A stretch of 64,000 nt of DNA from Oikopleura dioica (Eukaryota > Animalia > Chordata): contig OU015569.1 in the NCBI GenBank assembly GCA_907165135.1, forward strand, positions 1,736,001-1,800,000, read 5' to 3'. Within the stretch, counting starts at the first letter, position 1; each line of letters starts with the position of its first letter. Positions 26,811 through 39,929 of this stretch are shown piece after piece. The notes under the pieces were generated by a model, which was not told the DNA's origin, searched no databases, and saw only the letters and a list, made by a program, of their open reading frames with translations. The position numbers and the translations under genes were made by a program.

Positions 26811-29800
26811 TCAGTCTCCGCCGTCGAGATCGTTCTTCTGATTCGAATTCATTTCGATCTTCTTCGCCCGGAGTGCTGCTAGACGCGCTTTTCGCTCTTC
26901 ATCCCGCTTCTTTTGCGCTTCGATTTGAGCGGGCCTAAACTACAGTAAGAAAAGAAAAGGCAAAAAAGCACTCACGATTTTTTAGCTGGAGTTTTTCCTG
27001 CTTTCTTCTTCACAACTTTCTTTGGCGCTTCTTTTTTCTCAACCTTAAAATTTAATTAATTAATTCCAAGAAATTATAGAGTTTGACAAACCTGCCAGCT
27101 GTTTTCCTTGAGTTTCTTGATGTTTTGGCACTTTTCCTTCATCTGGTCGACTTGGATGTTGACTAGCTCCCAAAATCCGACCAGGTCTTCTTCAGTTGGC
27201 GGCGCGACTTCGTCTTTTTTCAACGGTAATTCGCCCTTGGCTTTGAGGCACAAATTGCGGAATTGTTTGCCCAGTTTATCCTGGCATAGGAGTCGGCAGC
27301 CTCCGACTACGGCAGTTATTTCGTCTTTGATGTCAAGCGGGATTTCCTAAAAATACGTTGTTTCTTTTGGCAATTATGGCAGATCTCTGATACCCTCTAG
27401 TCACTAGAGTCACTAGTGGGTTAACTGTAAGGTCACTGATCTCAAATAAGCTGCATAATGAGTTAAATGGAGATAAAAATGAAATTCTACCTCAACGAGT
27501 TAATTATGTTTAACTTACCGATGGTTCTGTGGTGAGAAACGCTTCGACCTCAGTTGCCGCCGCTAGAATTTGCGAAATGGTGGAGTTAAGCTCTTGCAAT
27601 AACTCATCGGCCTTTTCGTGCGTAGCGTTCTTTTCGCCCTTCTCTCTCTTCTCGGAGGAGTCATTTTTCATCTCATTTGAAATTACTCTGTTTGAGCTTT
27701 CTGAGCTGCTGCCGCTGCTTTTCGCGGAGCCTCGCGAACCGCGCCGAGTAGTAGCAGCACTCACTTCACTATTCGTGTGATTGGCAGATGGAGACTCTGT
27801 AGTTTTTTCTTTCTGAAATGCAAACACCGTCCCGACGGGGATGTCGTCATAGCTCCGCGGCGTTGCTTTCGCCGAATCGTCTGAACAGGGTAAAATAATT
27901 ACGTTTGCTTTCCGACACTTATCAAAGGAGATAAACGCAGCCCGCGCGTATTTGGTCACTTGAGTGAACAAATACTAGTCTAAATGGCCAAAAAGTGGGC
28001 ATTTACACCAAAAAAGTGACCGGAAGAGTCATAAATGACCATATAATAGCATAACAGGCTACGATAGGGCATAAATAAACAGCGAGAAGGGCAAAAATGG
28101 TCGAAAAAGCTTACCTATGTTAGGAACATCGTCAAGTGCAAGCGGCCTGGTCATGCTATCGTCGAGCGGCTGGTCGTTTTCATTTTCCAAATGCTGGGCG
28201 TCGGAGGAGGAGAGGTTGGAAGGTTGAATCTTTGGAATGGGAAGACTTTCTGATAAGTTGAGCTCTCCGGTTTCAACTTGTGGCGGCGCATCTCGCGCGG
28301 TTTCCTCTTCGGAGGTGTTGCTCTCCCGCTTCAGAGGAAGCTTACTGCCAGCGTCGACTTCGTTCCCGTTGATGTCTGTTGCATCTGGCTGCATTTGATC
28401 ATTTTTCTCGAGTGATTTCTGAAAGCCCGGATTAAAATTTATCAAAGCAGCATTTATTTGTTTATTGCGCCCAGAGGAGCTTCCGATCATGATGAATTTA
28501 TTGCCCCTTACTAGTAGTTAGTACCTATGCTTTAGTTTGAGTAGCTATAATACCTTGAGTATCTCCCTAGAAAATTCTCTAACTCGTGATAAACGAAGCA
28601 ATAAAAAAGGTATTCGTGAAGGAGAATCACATTTTTCTCAGAGCAGCTTCAACTAATAAAAAAAGTGCTGCACTAAATTGATTGTGACGTGTTTTAGGAA
28701 AACAGTAGCTTTGTCAATTATTTACAGAGCACTCTTTAATCACCTCATAAAAAGAAAAACTCAGTCATACTTGAATGAAAGCACGCTCGTATTTAGTTAG
28801 ATCTTGACATCAATAAAAGTAGAATTATTAGGACCTTATTCTTAAATGAAATGAGCAAAATTATGGCTGTATGCTTCGAATAAATTTGAAGACAAATGTA
28901 ATTACATATATCAATCACAGTTATAAATCATCACCAAAAAACAACAAATTAATACTTGAAACTTCAACTTAGCCCTCGCGAAAGCCTAAAGTAGCGAGAA
29001 TGGGAGCAAGTACTTACGAATCCGCACAAATATCCGAGGAATTTCATGGCGCTCTCTTTGACAACAAAAATGAATAAAAACAAAGTGGCATGGAGCATGA
29101 AGCTAGCAACGAGTGGAGCAAGTCATCATCTCTTTGCGACACAATCACGGGCCCTGTGCGAGTGTGAGTGCGACCTGATGACAAAGCTTTGACGAGCACA
29201 ATAAGACGGGGGGCGATAAACTGGACCGACAAAAAAAATATTTGCTAAGGCCATTAGGGGGCGCACAGGGCGGCAAGAGTAGCATATTGTCTTCGCTTTG
29301 ATCGAATAACCTTTCTTAGAAATTAGGAACAATAATTTAGTAATGAACACGCCGCAGGCCATGTGGCTAATCGATTCCTCCGCCCGCCGAAGAAAAAAAA
29401 ATCGGAGGGATCATTGATTTTCCCGCAAAGTTGATCCGCTAATAAAATAATTAACTCTGTCTTTGCTCAATAGTCAAAAAGTCGAAAATACTGTAGTGAA
29501 AGCAAACAAGTTTAACTTCAAGAAGAAAAATTTTCAAAAATTGAATCAAGGAAGACAATTTTCCCTGCACCACTTTTCGGTAAAATAATGTTCAAAATAA
29601 TATTGAAGAATAAAATAAAAAACGTACCTCTTCTACTTGAAAGTCGGCAAAAGCACTTGGGTCTTGCGAGACCCGCCTGGAGGAGCGTGAATCTTTGGAA
29701 GATTTTCTTGATTTTGAGTCCCTCGATTTCGAGCTGTCTTTCCTTTTCAGTCCCTTGAATACCGAGTTGAACCACTTGGAGCCGGACTCGACCACCCTAG

Positions 29801-29834
29801 CCGAGGGCTGGGGCTTCGAGGAGCGCGCCCCCAT
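26811..29834 (-). CDS. DLGAP: GKAP-homology domain protein (DLGAP/SAPAP/HURP family)
   Basis: Exon ~27090-27350: EITAVVGGCRLLCQDKLGKQFRNLC...PPTEEDLVGFWELVNIQVDQMKEKCQNIKKLKENSWQ matches the GH1 domain (DLAGFWDL..LKANSW). Ends RKARLAALRAKK..GGD* at 26811. Assignment of first exon MGARSSK (29834) to this gene is inferred. Confidence 0.78.
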
Positions 29835-29943
29835 TCTAAAAAAAGGCGGATGTAATGACCCTTGCCGGGATTAATTTTTTTTTCTTCTCATTCAAATTCT
29901 TTCTCGTTCACAAATAGTTGGCCAAAAACACAGAAATAGTAAG

Positions 29944-30914
29944 TTACTCCATCGCTGCTTGCTCGACCGGGAATCTTTTGTCTTCGCCGCGGACACTTTC
30001 GAAATCCGGCACCACCTCCAAATCCTTCGGCCTCACATACGTTCCAAGACCAGCGGCTGCTTCCGCTTCTAAAAAAACGATCAAACTATTATTCTGAAAA
30101 TCTCTTTTTTTTACCTTTCTGAGTGAATGGTGCGTCCTTGAGCTTTTTGACCTGTTGCTTGTGCTTCTTTGATCGCAAATGTTCTGTCAGTGCTTGTCTG
30201 TTGATCATGTGACGGCTGAAAATAAAATTTTAATTAAGACTTTCTTTGAATGGAAGCTAATTTTAATCCGATTACGAGCTCTTATCAGGAATCATGTTTT
30301 TGTCAAGTCGCCAATAATCCATGTCAGAAGGCAAAAAAGCTGGCAACTACTGATAATTCAAACCATAAAAACAATCGGCAATTACAAGCAGCGCAGTAAT
30401 CTAGAGCTCTAAATCTCTCTGTGTCAGTTGATGATAAGCGCATCTGCTCCGGGCGTGCGGAAGGTACGCCACGGGGTCGGCAAGGGCGCTCCTGCGGCTT
30501 ATGGAGTCACCTAAAGGCGAGCAAGAGGTGCTAGGGGCCATCTGATGACACAATTTCTCTCTCACGACTATTAATTTGGCTTCCGGTTATTCGAAATCAA
30601 GGAAGAGAACCGCGGGAAAATGAATTAATCTAGACGATTATAGTTGATAAGCCCTTTGATCATTAGCTGGATTAGACTTCTTACTCGCAATGTAAGCAAT
30701 AATTCTGTCCAGCTCCAGGAAGATCGTCGTTTAACGAAGGATCGGCAACGAGCGCAGCCACATTCTCGGGCTTGAAGTTCTCGTGAATTTGGTCCAAGTG
30801 CAGAACTTTGGTTTCGAACTTGGTCTTGAGGTAGTGTGACTCGGGCTTGACGGTGCCCTTCTTTTTCTTGGCGCCTTTGCCTTTACCTCCTCTCTTTCCC
30901 TTTCGTTTAGCCAT
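29944..30914 (-). CDS. ZNF593: Zinc finger protein 593 / Bud20 (ribosome biogenesis)
   Basis: LHLDQIHENF, DLPGAGQNYCLHCE|RHMINRQALTEHLRSKKHKQQVKKLKDAPFTQK|EAEAAAGLG; stop at 29944-29946. Confidence 0.92.
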
Positions 30915-31130
30915 CTTCTGTTTATAGTTCTGAGCCGATTTGCTGACGAGTTAACGGAAAAGTTCTAAAGGAAAATCCATCATGCCGCGCTCTTCCAGTT
31001 TTTTCAAAAAAGTAAAAACAAAGTTGTATAAAAATAATCTTGAGAAGGATAAAGCAGTGCATTTGTGAGATAGGAATATTACTGTAAGAAGGGGGAATGT
31101 TTGTTGACAGGTTGAGATCAGGATCTTCGG

Positions 31131-34100
31131 TCAGAGACTTTGGTTCTGAACCTGTCCTTGAAGTCGGCGCAGTTTTTGATTCGTTTTTTCGCTTTGAAAC
31201 TTGAGGTCTTTGATTTAGGATTAAAAAATGCTTTATTAATAATAGACTGAAAAGAAACTCATGAATTCGGAGCTCAAGAATGAAGCTTTATTTCCAAGAA
31301 AACCATAAAAACCACCTAGGTCTGATGAGTTTATATCTAATCTCAAGAAATACCGGCCGTTCTACAGCTCGTTTTGAGCGGTAGAATTACCACCGTGTCG
31401 TTTAAGAACTCGCTGGAACCACTTATTATGTTCCATTGAGTGTCATATCGACCGTAGATAGATGTTGTGAGATTCGCTAACGTTGAAGGATATTTTCACC
31501 TTCATGTTTGATGGTAGCCTCACCGACAGCTAATTTATTTAATCCCGAATGCCTGTAATTTGTCTTTTCAAGGACTCGATTTCTTGATCAGCGTCAGCGA
31601 CTTTGCTTCTCAATTCAATTCGATCCTCGTCCGCGGCGTCGGAGCGCGCGGCTGCGATCTTTGCCTTTTCAATTTGAACGTCTCGATCTGCCTCAAGCTC
31701 CGACTAATAAAATTTGCTAAAAAGCGAGACAACAAAGTTAACTTTTTCCTATAAGAAAGTGTCAATGAAGTGTTGTACTACAACAGTTGCAACACCAATC
31801 TAGAATATGAGAAACCTTGAGAAGCTCATTGGCGTATTGCTGCTCGCGAAGGGTGCGTATCGTCTGTTCCAAGGTGCGAACTGTATCTTCAGCAGAGCCC
31901 AGCTGTCGCTTTAGGCCTGCGATGGTCTCCCGGAGATCTTCTGCTACGGCTTCCTGCAAAATAAATAGATTCGACTCATTCGAGCTAGACTATTTGCCTT
32001 TTCGGTGATATGTTCCAAATGCAAGGCGATCTCCCTTGTAGTATTGTCAGAAGTAGACTGTAACTTGGCATTGAGATCCCTGGATCCTTCAAGAGCCGAT
32101 TGCAGAGCCGTACATTCGTCTGTCTTGTGCTGCAGAAGCTCCTCCAATTGACGAACATTCGATGAAAGTTCGCCAATGTTACCTTCGTTGACTTTCGAAG
32201 CTAGACACAATTATTGATCACCAAATCGGGAAAAGAGACTGACCATGAAGATGCTCCACAATTTCATTTTCCAGTTCAATCGCTTTTTGCGACAACTGCG
32301 TCTTTTCATTTTCTGTATTCTCCAAATGTCTAGACATTGCCTCATACTCGCTGATTACCGTACTAAATTATCAGATAAAACGTAAGAAAGGAAGAATCTA
32401 TTTTTACCTGAGATCGGTCGTTAGCTTTTGATTCGTTGCTTCTAGTTCGGCGATTTTATCGTTGAATACTGTCAGCTCGCGACGAGAATGGGTGAGTTGC
32501 ACTTCGATGCCGTTTATTTTTTCATCGTCGGTTTCGATCTTACAGGGTTTCAAACGATGTCATAGATAACGTCAGGTAACTGTATATATTGGCCCCTCTA
32601 TGTATTATTAATACAGTATTAGTCTTGTTAGATAAACAGGAACTATCTTTTGCATTCTTCTATATCATTTCATTAACGGGAGCCACCATTGACTGTAAAT
32701 AAATAATTTATTACTGGAATTCCTCGTATTCGTAAATAACGCAATAAGGATGTATACATCTCCAAATTCATATCTACCCGACAAATTGAGCACTGTGTGG
32801 CGGACTCTTTATACTCACAAATGCGAGCAAAACGCCACATCCAAATATTGGATTCCAAAAAAAGAATAGAGAATAAAAATGCGAGTCCTGGGCTTCGTAG
32901 TTTTTCTCAATTTTCTAAGTTTGCTTCAAGCAAGAGTAATTAACATATTCGACCTCCAACCTGGCCCTTCTGCGATCAATGTCCTCCCGAATAGAGCTCA
33001 ACCGCAGTTACAGTTACGATCGGCGAGTAAAAGGAGCATGGAGAGGCATGAAAAACTGCACGAAAAAGGACAAAACGAAAAAGAAAGATTGTCTCGCTCC
33101 AGGACGGCTGGTACATGCCGACGCATTTCTACGATCACGTGGGCTTTCTCATTTTCCACTCTCATTCTGCTGTCAACTCAAAGGTCTACTAATAAAGCTA
33201 CCTCACTGAAAAACGCGTTCAACCCGTTCCTTGCTCTTATAATCGTCTCTTTGTTCGACAGCAATGCCCAATTCTTTAGTCAACGCTTCGTTCTCACCTA
33301 CCAGAAGATCAACCTTTTCTGCCAGTTGTCGTTTCTCTCGGGATGCGTTTTCACGCGACGCGATGAGATCGCTTTCGATGGAGCGCTAGAATAGAATTAA
33401 GACCTCGTCGATCATCTATCACTTACCTTCTCTTCCAGTTGTTTTCTCGCTTGAGAAAGCTTTCTCTCTAAATCATCAACTTGATCATGAAGTAGCTCGA
33501 TTTCCTGCTTTAAATTCGCGATGAGCGTTTTTTGCTCGCCAGAACTATGTTCGCTAGTTTTTGCACTTTTCTCCAGCTTCACCAGTCGTTCTGATTTCTC
33601 ATCAAGCGCAATTGTCAACGCATCTTTTTCGCGATCGAGCGTGGTTACTGTATTCCGCAACTTGGCGTTTTCTTGGCTTAGATCGGTGTTGTTGGAGACT
33701 AGGACTTGCATTCGGCCTTCCAGAGCGTTGTTCTTTTCGACTTCGGCATCGAACTCCGATTGAAGCTGAAGTCCAGCTCATTTTTTGTTAAAAAAAGTTG
33801 ACGAACCTTTGATCGAACTCGCATCATTTCTCGGTTAGTAGAATCGGCTTGGGATCGCAACAAATGAACCTCGTCAAGATCGCATCGGACTTTTTCCGCC
33901 TCAGCTTTGAGGTATTCATTTGCATTTTTCAATCTAAGGGACTATTGATTTTGCAATCAAAAACGAAGCAACTGACCTGTAAGCATCAGCCTGTGCCTCC
34001 TCGAGCTTGGACTTCATCGCCGACTGCGCCATAAGAAGTTCTCGTCGTTCATTTTCGAGGAGACGGGCTCGATTTTCTAAGTCCTCGACACTTTGCTCGA

Positions 34101-35721
34101 GCGTCACTGTATCGATGATTTTGTTCTCTCGGTTGATTTTGACCTGTTCGAGGAGCGTGTCGCGCTCGCATTCGAGTTTTCTCAAATCATTGACGGCTCT
34201 GTCGCGCTCTTGTTGGAGTCGTTTGAGAATTGCCTCGTCGGAGGATTGACCTGGTGCTTTTCGCCCTTTGCTCGGCGAGTTTGTGATCACTTCGCGTCGG
34301 AGGGTCGCAAGTTCGTTGTTGGACTCAGCGAAGCTGAGCTCCAATCGGTCTCGCTCTTGCTGCAACACTTTCACATTGGCTGCTACCTCGGCATACTGTC
34401 GTTGAAGCGTGATCACTTCTTTTCGGGCTGCGTCTCGCTCGAGAACAATCGCTTCTACCCGCTCTGGCGTCACGACTTCATCACCAAGGCCGCCATTTCT
34501 CGCCGAAATCGTTCGATATGCATCCTGGTAAAAGTCTCGCTCCTTTCTCAGCGCAACAATATCTTCTCCAGGCTCAATGTCGCTTAGCAATCGCTGAAGA
34601 CGCTCCGAGTTTTCGCTCTCTCTACCGAGCTTGGCCGACATTTCCGTCAACTCGTCTTCCAACCCTCGGATTTTTCGTTCCAAGGTTTGCTTCTCTACAA
34701 GAGTCGAGTTATTATCGGCTTTAGCGACGGCCAGTTGTCGTTCTTTCTCCAACGCAGTTGCCATTTGGCCGATTTCATTGACCTCTGCTCTAAGTTTGTC
34801 ATTCTTAGAGCGGAGGCTTTCAATTTCAAGATTGAGTGATTCGGCCGACTCTTCTGCCTCAATTTGGGCTTCCTGAGCCAGTTCTAGCTGGAGGGTCAAC
34901 TGAGAAATGACCTTTTCAGACTGCTTAGCCGCTGCATCAATCGTTATCGCTGCTTCGGGGCGGCCACCAGAGAGTTGTCGTCGAAGCCGCTCGTTTTCCG
35001 TTTCAGTGAGTTCCTTTTGCTTCCTCAGATACTTCAGCCTGTCGTCGGACTCTTTTTTCGCATCACGGAGCTTGGCACATTCGCCCTCGAGCGCGTTGCA
35101 TCGCTGCTCTGCAATTTTGAGTACATCAGCGACGTAGAGATCATTGGCAGCTGGAATCGGCGTCGCCTTGAATTCGGAAAATGGAAGAGTATTGTCGAGC
35201 GTTATTCTCTGTCTTCGCGTGGTCGTGCTGCTCTTCTTTCCAGTCTCTGTAACGATTGCAGTGGCGCTTGCTTCCTGTAACTTACGTAGCTTTTCGCTCT
35301 TGGCGTATCCCTCTTTTTCCAGCTGTTTGATTTTCATGAGATACTGCGTGTTGAGAAAACGCAAATCGGAGTTTTCATTTTGAAGCTTTCGACCACGCTG
35401 CTGAAAGTTGGCCGATGTTTCCACGAGTTTATCCTTGATCGAGACAATGTTTTTATGAAGCTCATTATTTTCGCTCATCAATCGCGAGTTGTCCTGTCTG
35501 AACGGCTCCACTGTTTCCTCAAAGCTACTCGTCGTAACCGTTGGCTGTGTTTCGTGGAGAGGAAGCGGTTTCATCCGCGCCTTTTTGAGCGATTCAGTTG
35601 TGTGGACCAGATCGGCGAAAAGACGCTCGACGAGAGGAATACTGTCGATTCCGAGAGGAGCTTTGTAGCCAAACGCGTCTAGCCGCGATCTGACTGCGTT
35701 GTATTTTTCTTCGACCCCCAT
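31131..35721 (-). CDS. CEP135: Centrosomal protein 135 (Bld10); internal exon structure partly uncertain
   Basis: 595-aa first ORF begins KYNAVRSRLDAFGYKAPLGIDSIPLVERLFADLVHTTESL and includes LMSENNELH and DLRFLNTQY. Long coiled-coil exons follow. C-terminus LRSKVADADQEIESLKRQIT|DLKFQSEKTNQKLRRLQ ends at ~31131. Confidence 0.88.
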
Positions 35722-36028
35722 GTCTGAAGTCAGTAGCTTTAAGACATCTTTGAATTGAAAGGAAGGGAAAGTAGAATATAGGCTGAAATTATCATTTTTA
35801 GATGACCAAGGATATCACCGAGGGAATGAATCCTGGACTATGTACGCAGGGTAATTTTATACCCCTAGAATAGTATGTTTTAGGTGTATAGAGAAAATAA
35901 ATAGAATGGTGGACTTGGATTTGTAGTTCACTCAAAGGCGATACACTCATCAACTAGTTTCTTCATCGCTTCCTTCTCAATTGCAGCGGCAATTCTCTCT
36001 TAATCGATTTCGTTAACTAACTGTTCCC

Positions 36029-36039
36029 AGGAAGTGACG
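36029..36039. promoter_or_regulatory. ETS-CRE composite motif upstream of CEP135
   Basis: AGGAAGTGACG (followed by CGGAAG) about 310 bp upstream of the CEP135 ATG, at the head of the minus-strand array. Confidence 0.4.
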
Positions 36040-37129
36040 CGGAAGCTCCTTTTTTCCCGCGGTGGAATTAATCGTTTCTCACGTTGGAGCGTTTTTGATT
36101 ACCTTTATCATTTATCTGTCGATTGGAATCGTCTTCCTGTTGGAGCGTTCCCGGCCTAGCAAGTATTTTCAGCTTGTAACGGTAAGGAAAGTCGCGGCGG
36201 ATCTTCTCGCTGATGAATAATCCGATCATCGTGGAGAGGTGGCTTAGTTTGGGTTGTTCTTTGCTCGGTTCGAGTTCTCCTGCTCTTTCGAGGATTCCAT
36301 GAATGACCCTTCATCAGTGAGTGACTGTCGGCTTGTACCAAACCACCAAGTCGTAATAGTCCTCTCCGAGCTCACTCACTTCGATCCATTCTTCACGGAC
36401 GATATCGAGCTCTTCCAGAGTCTCTTAATCATCTTTACTACAGCTGGAGGGCTATTTACGAGCATCTTCAGAGAGATCAAGGGGACTAAAGGGACCTAGA
36501 GAGGTATTTAGGTACTTATGGAGGGGCCTTGAAGAACGTACCAGGTCGCTCTGGATCCCGAATCGGAGCGATCAAATCGTATAAATCCCCTTTTATGTCC
36601 GTCATCCTCTTTTCATGTCCTCTCTTTCTGAACTGGGTTTGCTCAAAAACGGTCAACAAGGAATTATTTCTTGAAATTGAATGAAGTATTAATGCTTAAT
36701 ACAAAATAGCTGTTTGGTTTATTAATAAAAAGGTCAAGGTCTTAAATCCAGTCAAAAAATATAAGTTTGTGAGTGTCAAACTTGAGAATTTATGGTACAA
36801 GTAGGATTTGATTGAAATTAAGGAAGCAGAGAAGAATAAAAGCTTATTTTTTTCGTGTGCGTGTTGTTTATCTCAGAAGAAATTGAATGTTTCATGATGA
36901 TGATTTTTTAGGTTTCAGCAAGAATGAAGAGTTCAGCGCTGGAGTGCTCTAGAATTGGAAAGAGATTAGTGTCTTACTAACAAATATTGAAAATAACGCC
37001 CGTTCAGTGGTTTTGAATCAACGAGAACTGCCTCGATTTAGACGCAATGTAGCTCTTTTTTGGGAAGAGGTAGATTTCGTCGAATTACAGTCAGCAATTT
37101 TGAGTCAAAATTCAGGCGCGTCTGCAGAC

Positions 37130-38970
37130 TTAGTACCTGGTCAGGAAAAGTCTCTCGTCGGCCTCGGAAAAGATAGGATTGCGTTTGTAGTTTTCGATCA
37201 TTTTGTCTAAACTTTCAAACTTGCGCTGTCCGATTTGATACTGATTGTCGATCAGTGAAACGCGGAAGTGTTTCACTTTCGTTCGCCCCTTCACCGAAAC
37301 CGAAAAGTTTCCTGCGACTTTGGAGCTTTCAGAAGGCCTAAGAAAAGTGTTAACCGAAATTGCGATTGAAGACCATCTTACCTAACGAGAAATATGCCTT
37401 CTGAAGCTGGCATGAGTTTGTTCTCGGCGATGCCACGAGAACTGACACTTTCGTGAAACCATTCTCGATCGGCGATTTCTGGATATCTGGAATTTTGGTG
37501 AAAGGACTCGGGTTGCGAGATTGGCTTTTCTTCTGGAACTGGATAGGTTTGCTCAATTACTTCTGTGTAGATTCTGGGGACGAGGCCGATCTGACCGTTT
37601 TGGTTTCGAGCGACCCACTTTCTTGAGGGTTCTTTTGCAATTTTCTTTTGGAATTTTTCGATAAATTACTCAAATAAGATTAATTAAAGGGCTGAGAAAC
37701 GCTTCAAAGCTTTATTTTTGACCCTTTCCCATTCAGGATCATCAGCGGGCTTGCCCAAGATCTCGAGCTCCTCGTTTTCTTGAAAAGGGAGCTCGCTCTC
37801 GTTCTGTCCCGCGAAAGGATAGAGGCAGCGCACATTCTCCAAAATCGGCGAATTGTGGTTGTAATTTTGAAGAATAGAGAGCTCGCTCTCAAGCGGCATT
37901 CCCGCGGCGTTGCTCTCCGCGCCAGCCTGAAAACACGCGCGATAAAGCAACTTATCAAATTATGTCACTTGTTATGCATATTTAATTTGAGGAGTAGCTT
38001 TTCATGTATTACCTGATCGTCGTTGTTTTCGGTTACGTAATTGGACGGGAACCATCCGTCTTCGCCCGTTTCCAAATTGCGTCCTCTCCACCACTTGTCC
38101 TCCGATTCCTCCAGCACGACGACCCTGTTCCCTTTCGTCAATTCCAGCTCGTCATCTCGCTGCTTTTCGTAGTTGTACTTGGCCACGACGCGTCTTTCCT
38201 GGCTGCCAGCGTCGCTCTTCGATTCTTTTGGCTTATTGTTGAAGCCGAAAGGCAGCTTCTTCTTTCGCGAAATGTAATTTGAAGGAACGTAACCAGTTTG
38301 TCCGTTTTTGTTGCGCACCTTCCACCAAGTCTTTGAATCGTCCAAAAGTGTCAGCGCCTCGTTTTTCGTCATTGACAGCTCGGAGTTATCTGAACAAGGA
38401 GAATAATGATCGTTTACGAATTCCTTTGTTATTCATCATTTGATCTATAATGGAAAATCATTAGTCTAGCAGCAGAAATGTTAATGTGTCCATTCGTTAC
38501 TCTTATATAACATTTTTACGGTAGATCTATGTCTGTAAATGAGTGGCCAGCAGACTGAAAAGACTAGCCCTTTACGGGAAGAATGACCCCAAACTGGGCT
38601 CGGCTACCTGAGTAGAGAACCACGCAGCTCAGGTCCTATAAAAGCTATAATCGAAAGCAGATTCTCAAACATATTAAATCTGTAATCTTACGCGGCTATT
38701 CATTATGCTTTTTTAGGACCCTGACTCAGTTTTCCTAAAGAGGTTGCCGAGCCCTGTCTCTAATATAAAATCAACTTTGGTTTTACGGGATAAATAGTAA
38801 TTACAAATTATTCGAATTCGTTCGAGTCTTCGCTTTTTCTGATGATTCTATCGAATAAAGGAAGCTTCCTTGATAATTCTATTAAAAGAACGATACTAGA
38901 ATTATTTGACACTCTCTAGGTATTTACTTTCTGCTTTGTAATCATATTTGGCTGTAACTTCTTCCATCAT
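37130..38970 (-). CDS. NCK: NCK adaptor (SH3-SH3-SH3-SH2)
   Basis: [14 protein letters not shown]|, [70 protein letters not shown]|[16 protein letters not shown]2 EWFH..FLVR|PSES..FSVSVKG..VKHFRV; stop at 37130-37132. Confidence 0.93.
38593..38757. mobile_element. Foldback MITE, CCTGAGTCAGGG family (degenerate copy in NCK intron 1)
   Basis: Left CTGGGCTCGGCTACCTGAGTAGAGAACC and right GGACCCTGACTCAGTTTTCC..GGTTGCCGAGCCCTG are homologous to the ends of the 60477-60723 element. Confidence 0.65.
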
Positions 38971-39929
38971 AGAATCTCTTCTTTAATTTCTTTTCTTCTT
39001 GATGCTCTTGTTTGTTAATTACTCTTTCGTCATAAGTTTTTCGTGTTCTAGAAATTGAGCTGGTTTCTTTTTTTATTCCTGAATTTAGTTTTTTGGATGA
39101 GCCGAGCGCCAGCTAATTTCCCTTTTTTTCGCTGCCGAGGAGCCAATCAGGTCGCGGCGTTCACCCACGGTTAACGCCGATTTCGCGCCGATTCTTTTCG
39201 AAAACGTGGCCGGATCATCCCCAAAGCCACACTGTGGCAATATTCTAACGATAAAACACATCTCTCCTCGTTATACCGTAAACATTTAGGATTCGCCCGC
39301 GCGCGGTAATTTGGGAGTTTCTTTTGTCTCTAGAACTCGAGTTGTTGTCAGGCCTCACTTTTGCCGTTTTAGTCAGTTTGCCAACTTGAAAAGTCCGAAA
39401 AGGACAGAAAAAAGGTGAGAATTCATTGATTTTACTCGAGTTTGATTTTAACTTCGAGTATTTTAGCAGAGCCCTAGAGAAGAGCGATTCGCCCTTCAAT
39501 CGTCGCAAGACCGACATTGACATCAAGCCTGGAAAATCATGCAAGCTTCTTAACCATGCATCACGCATGATTACGGAAATAAAGTTCTGAAAAACAGAAT
39601 CAGACGTTCATTGTCCACCTGAATAAAATCAATTTCATTGCACCTCGAGTCTTTGTTGTCTTTTTGCTTAACAGATTGTTACTTTGAAATGTCGTTCTGC
39701 GGTTGATGTGTAGTGGATAGACTGTAGTCAAGTTAGTTTGAAACCAAAGCTTTGATTTTAGTTATAGAAAAGTAACTGCCCTAAAGAAACCTCAAGAAAG
39801 ACAAATCTGATGTAACCATTGTGCATTTTATTATTCAGAGACAGTGTTCGAATTTCGAAAGGCAGTTAAAAAGGTCCTAATTCTCGCTCGGATTGAATTG
39901 GAGGTTTTCGATTTTCCTGAGCCTTACAA

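Noticed and set aside
34007-35682. Numerous plus-strand ORFs overlapping CEP135 (similar ones overlap RUVBL2, NOS1AP and ANKAR)
   Set aside because: Antisense shadows of coiled-coil or conserved coding sequence; no independent gene signals.
35950-36560. Protein-like fragments between CEP135 and NCK
   Set aside because: Interrupted by stops in all frames, with no recognisable domain or consistent splice model.
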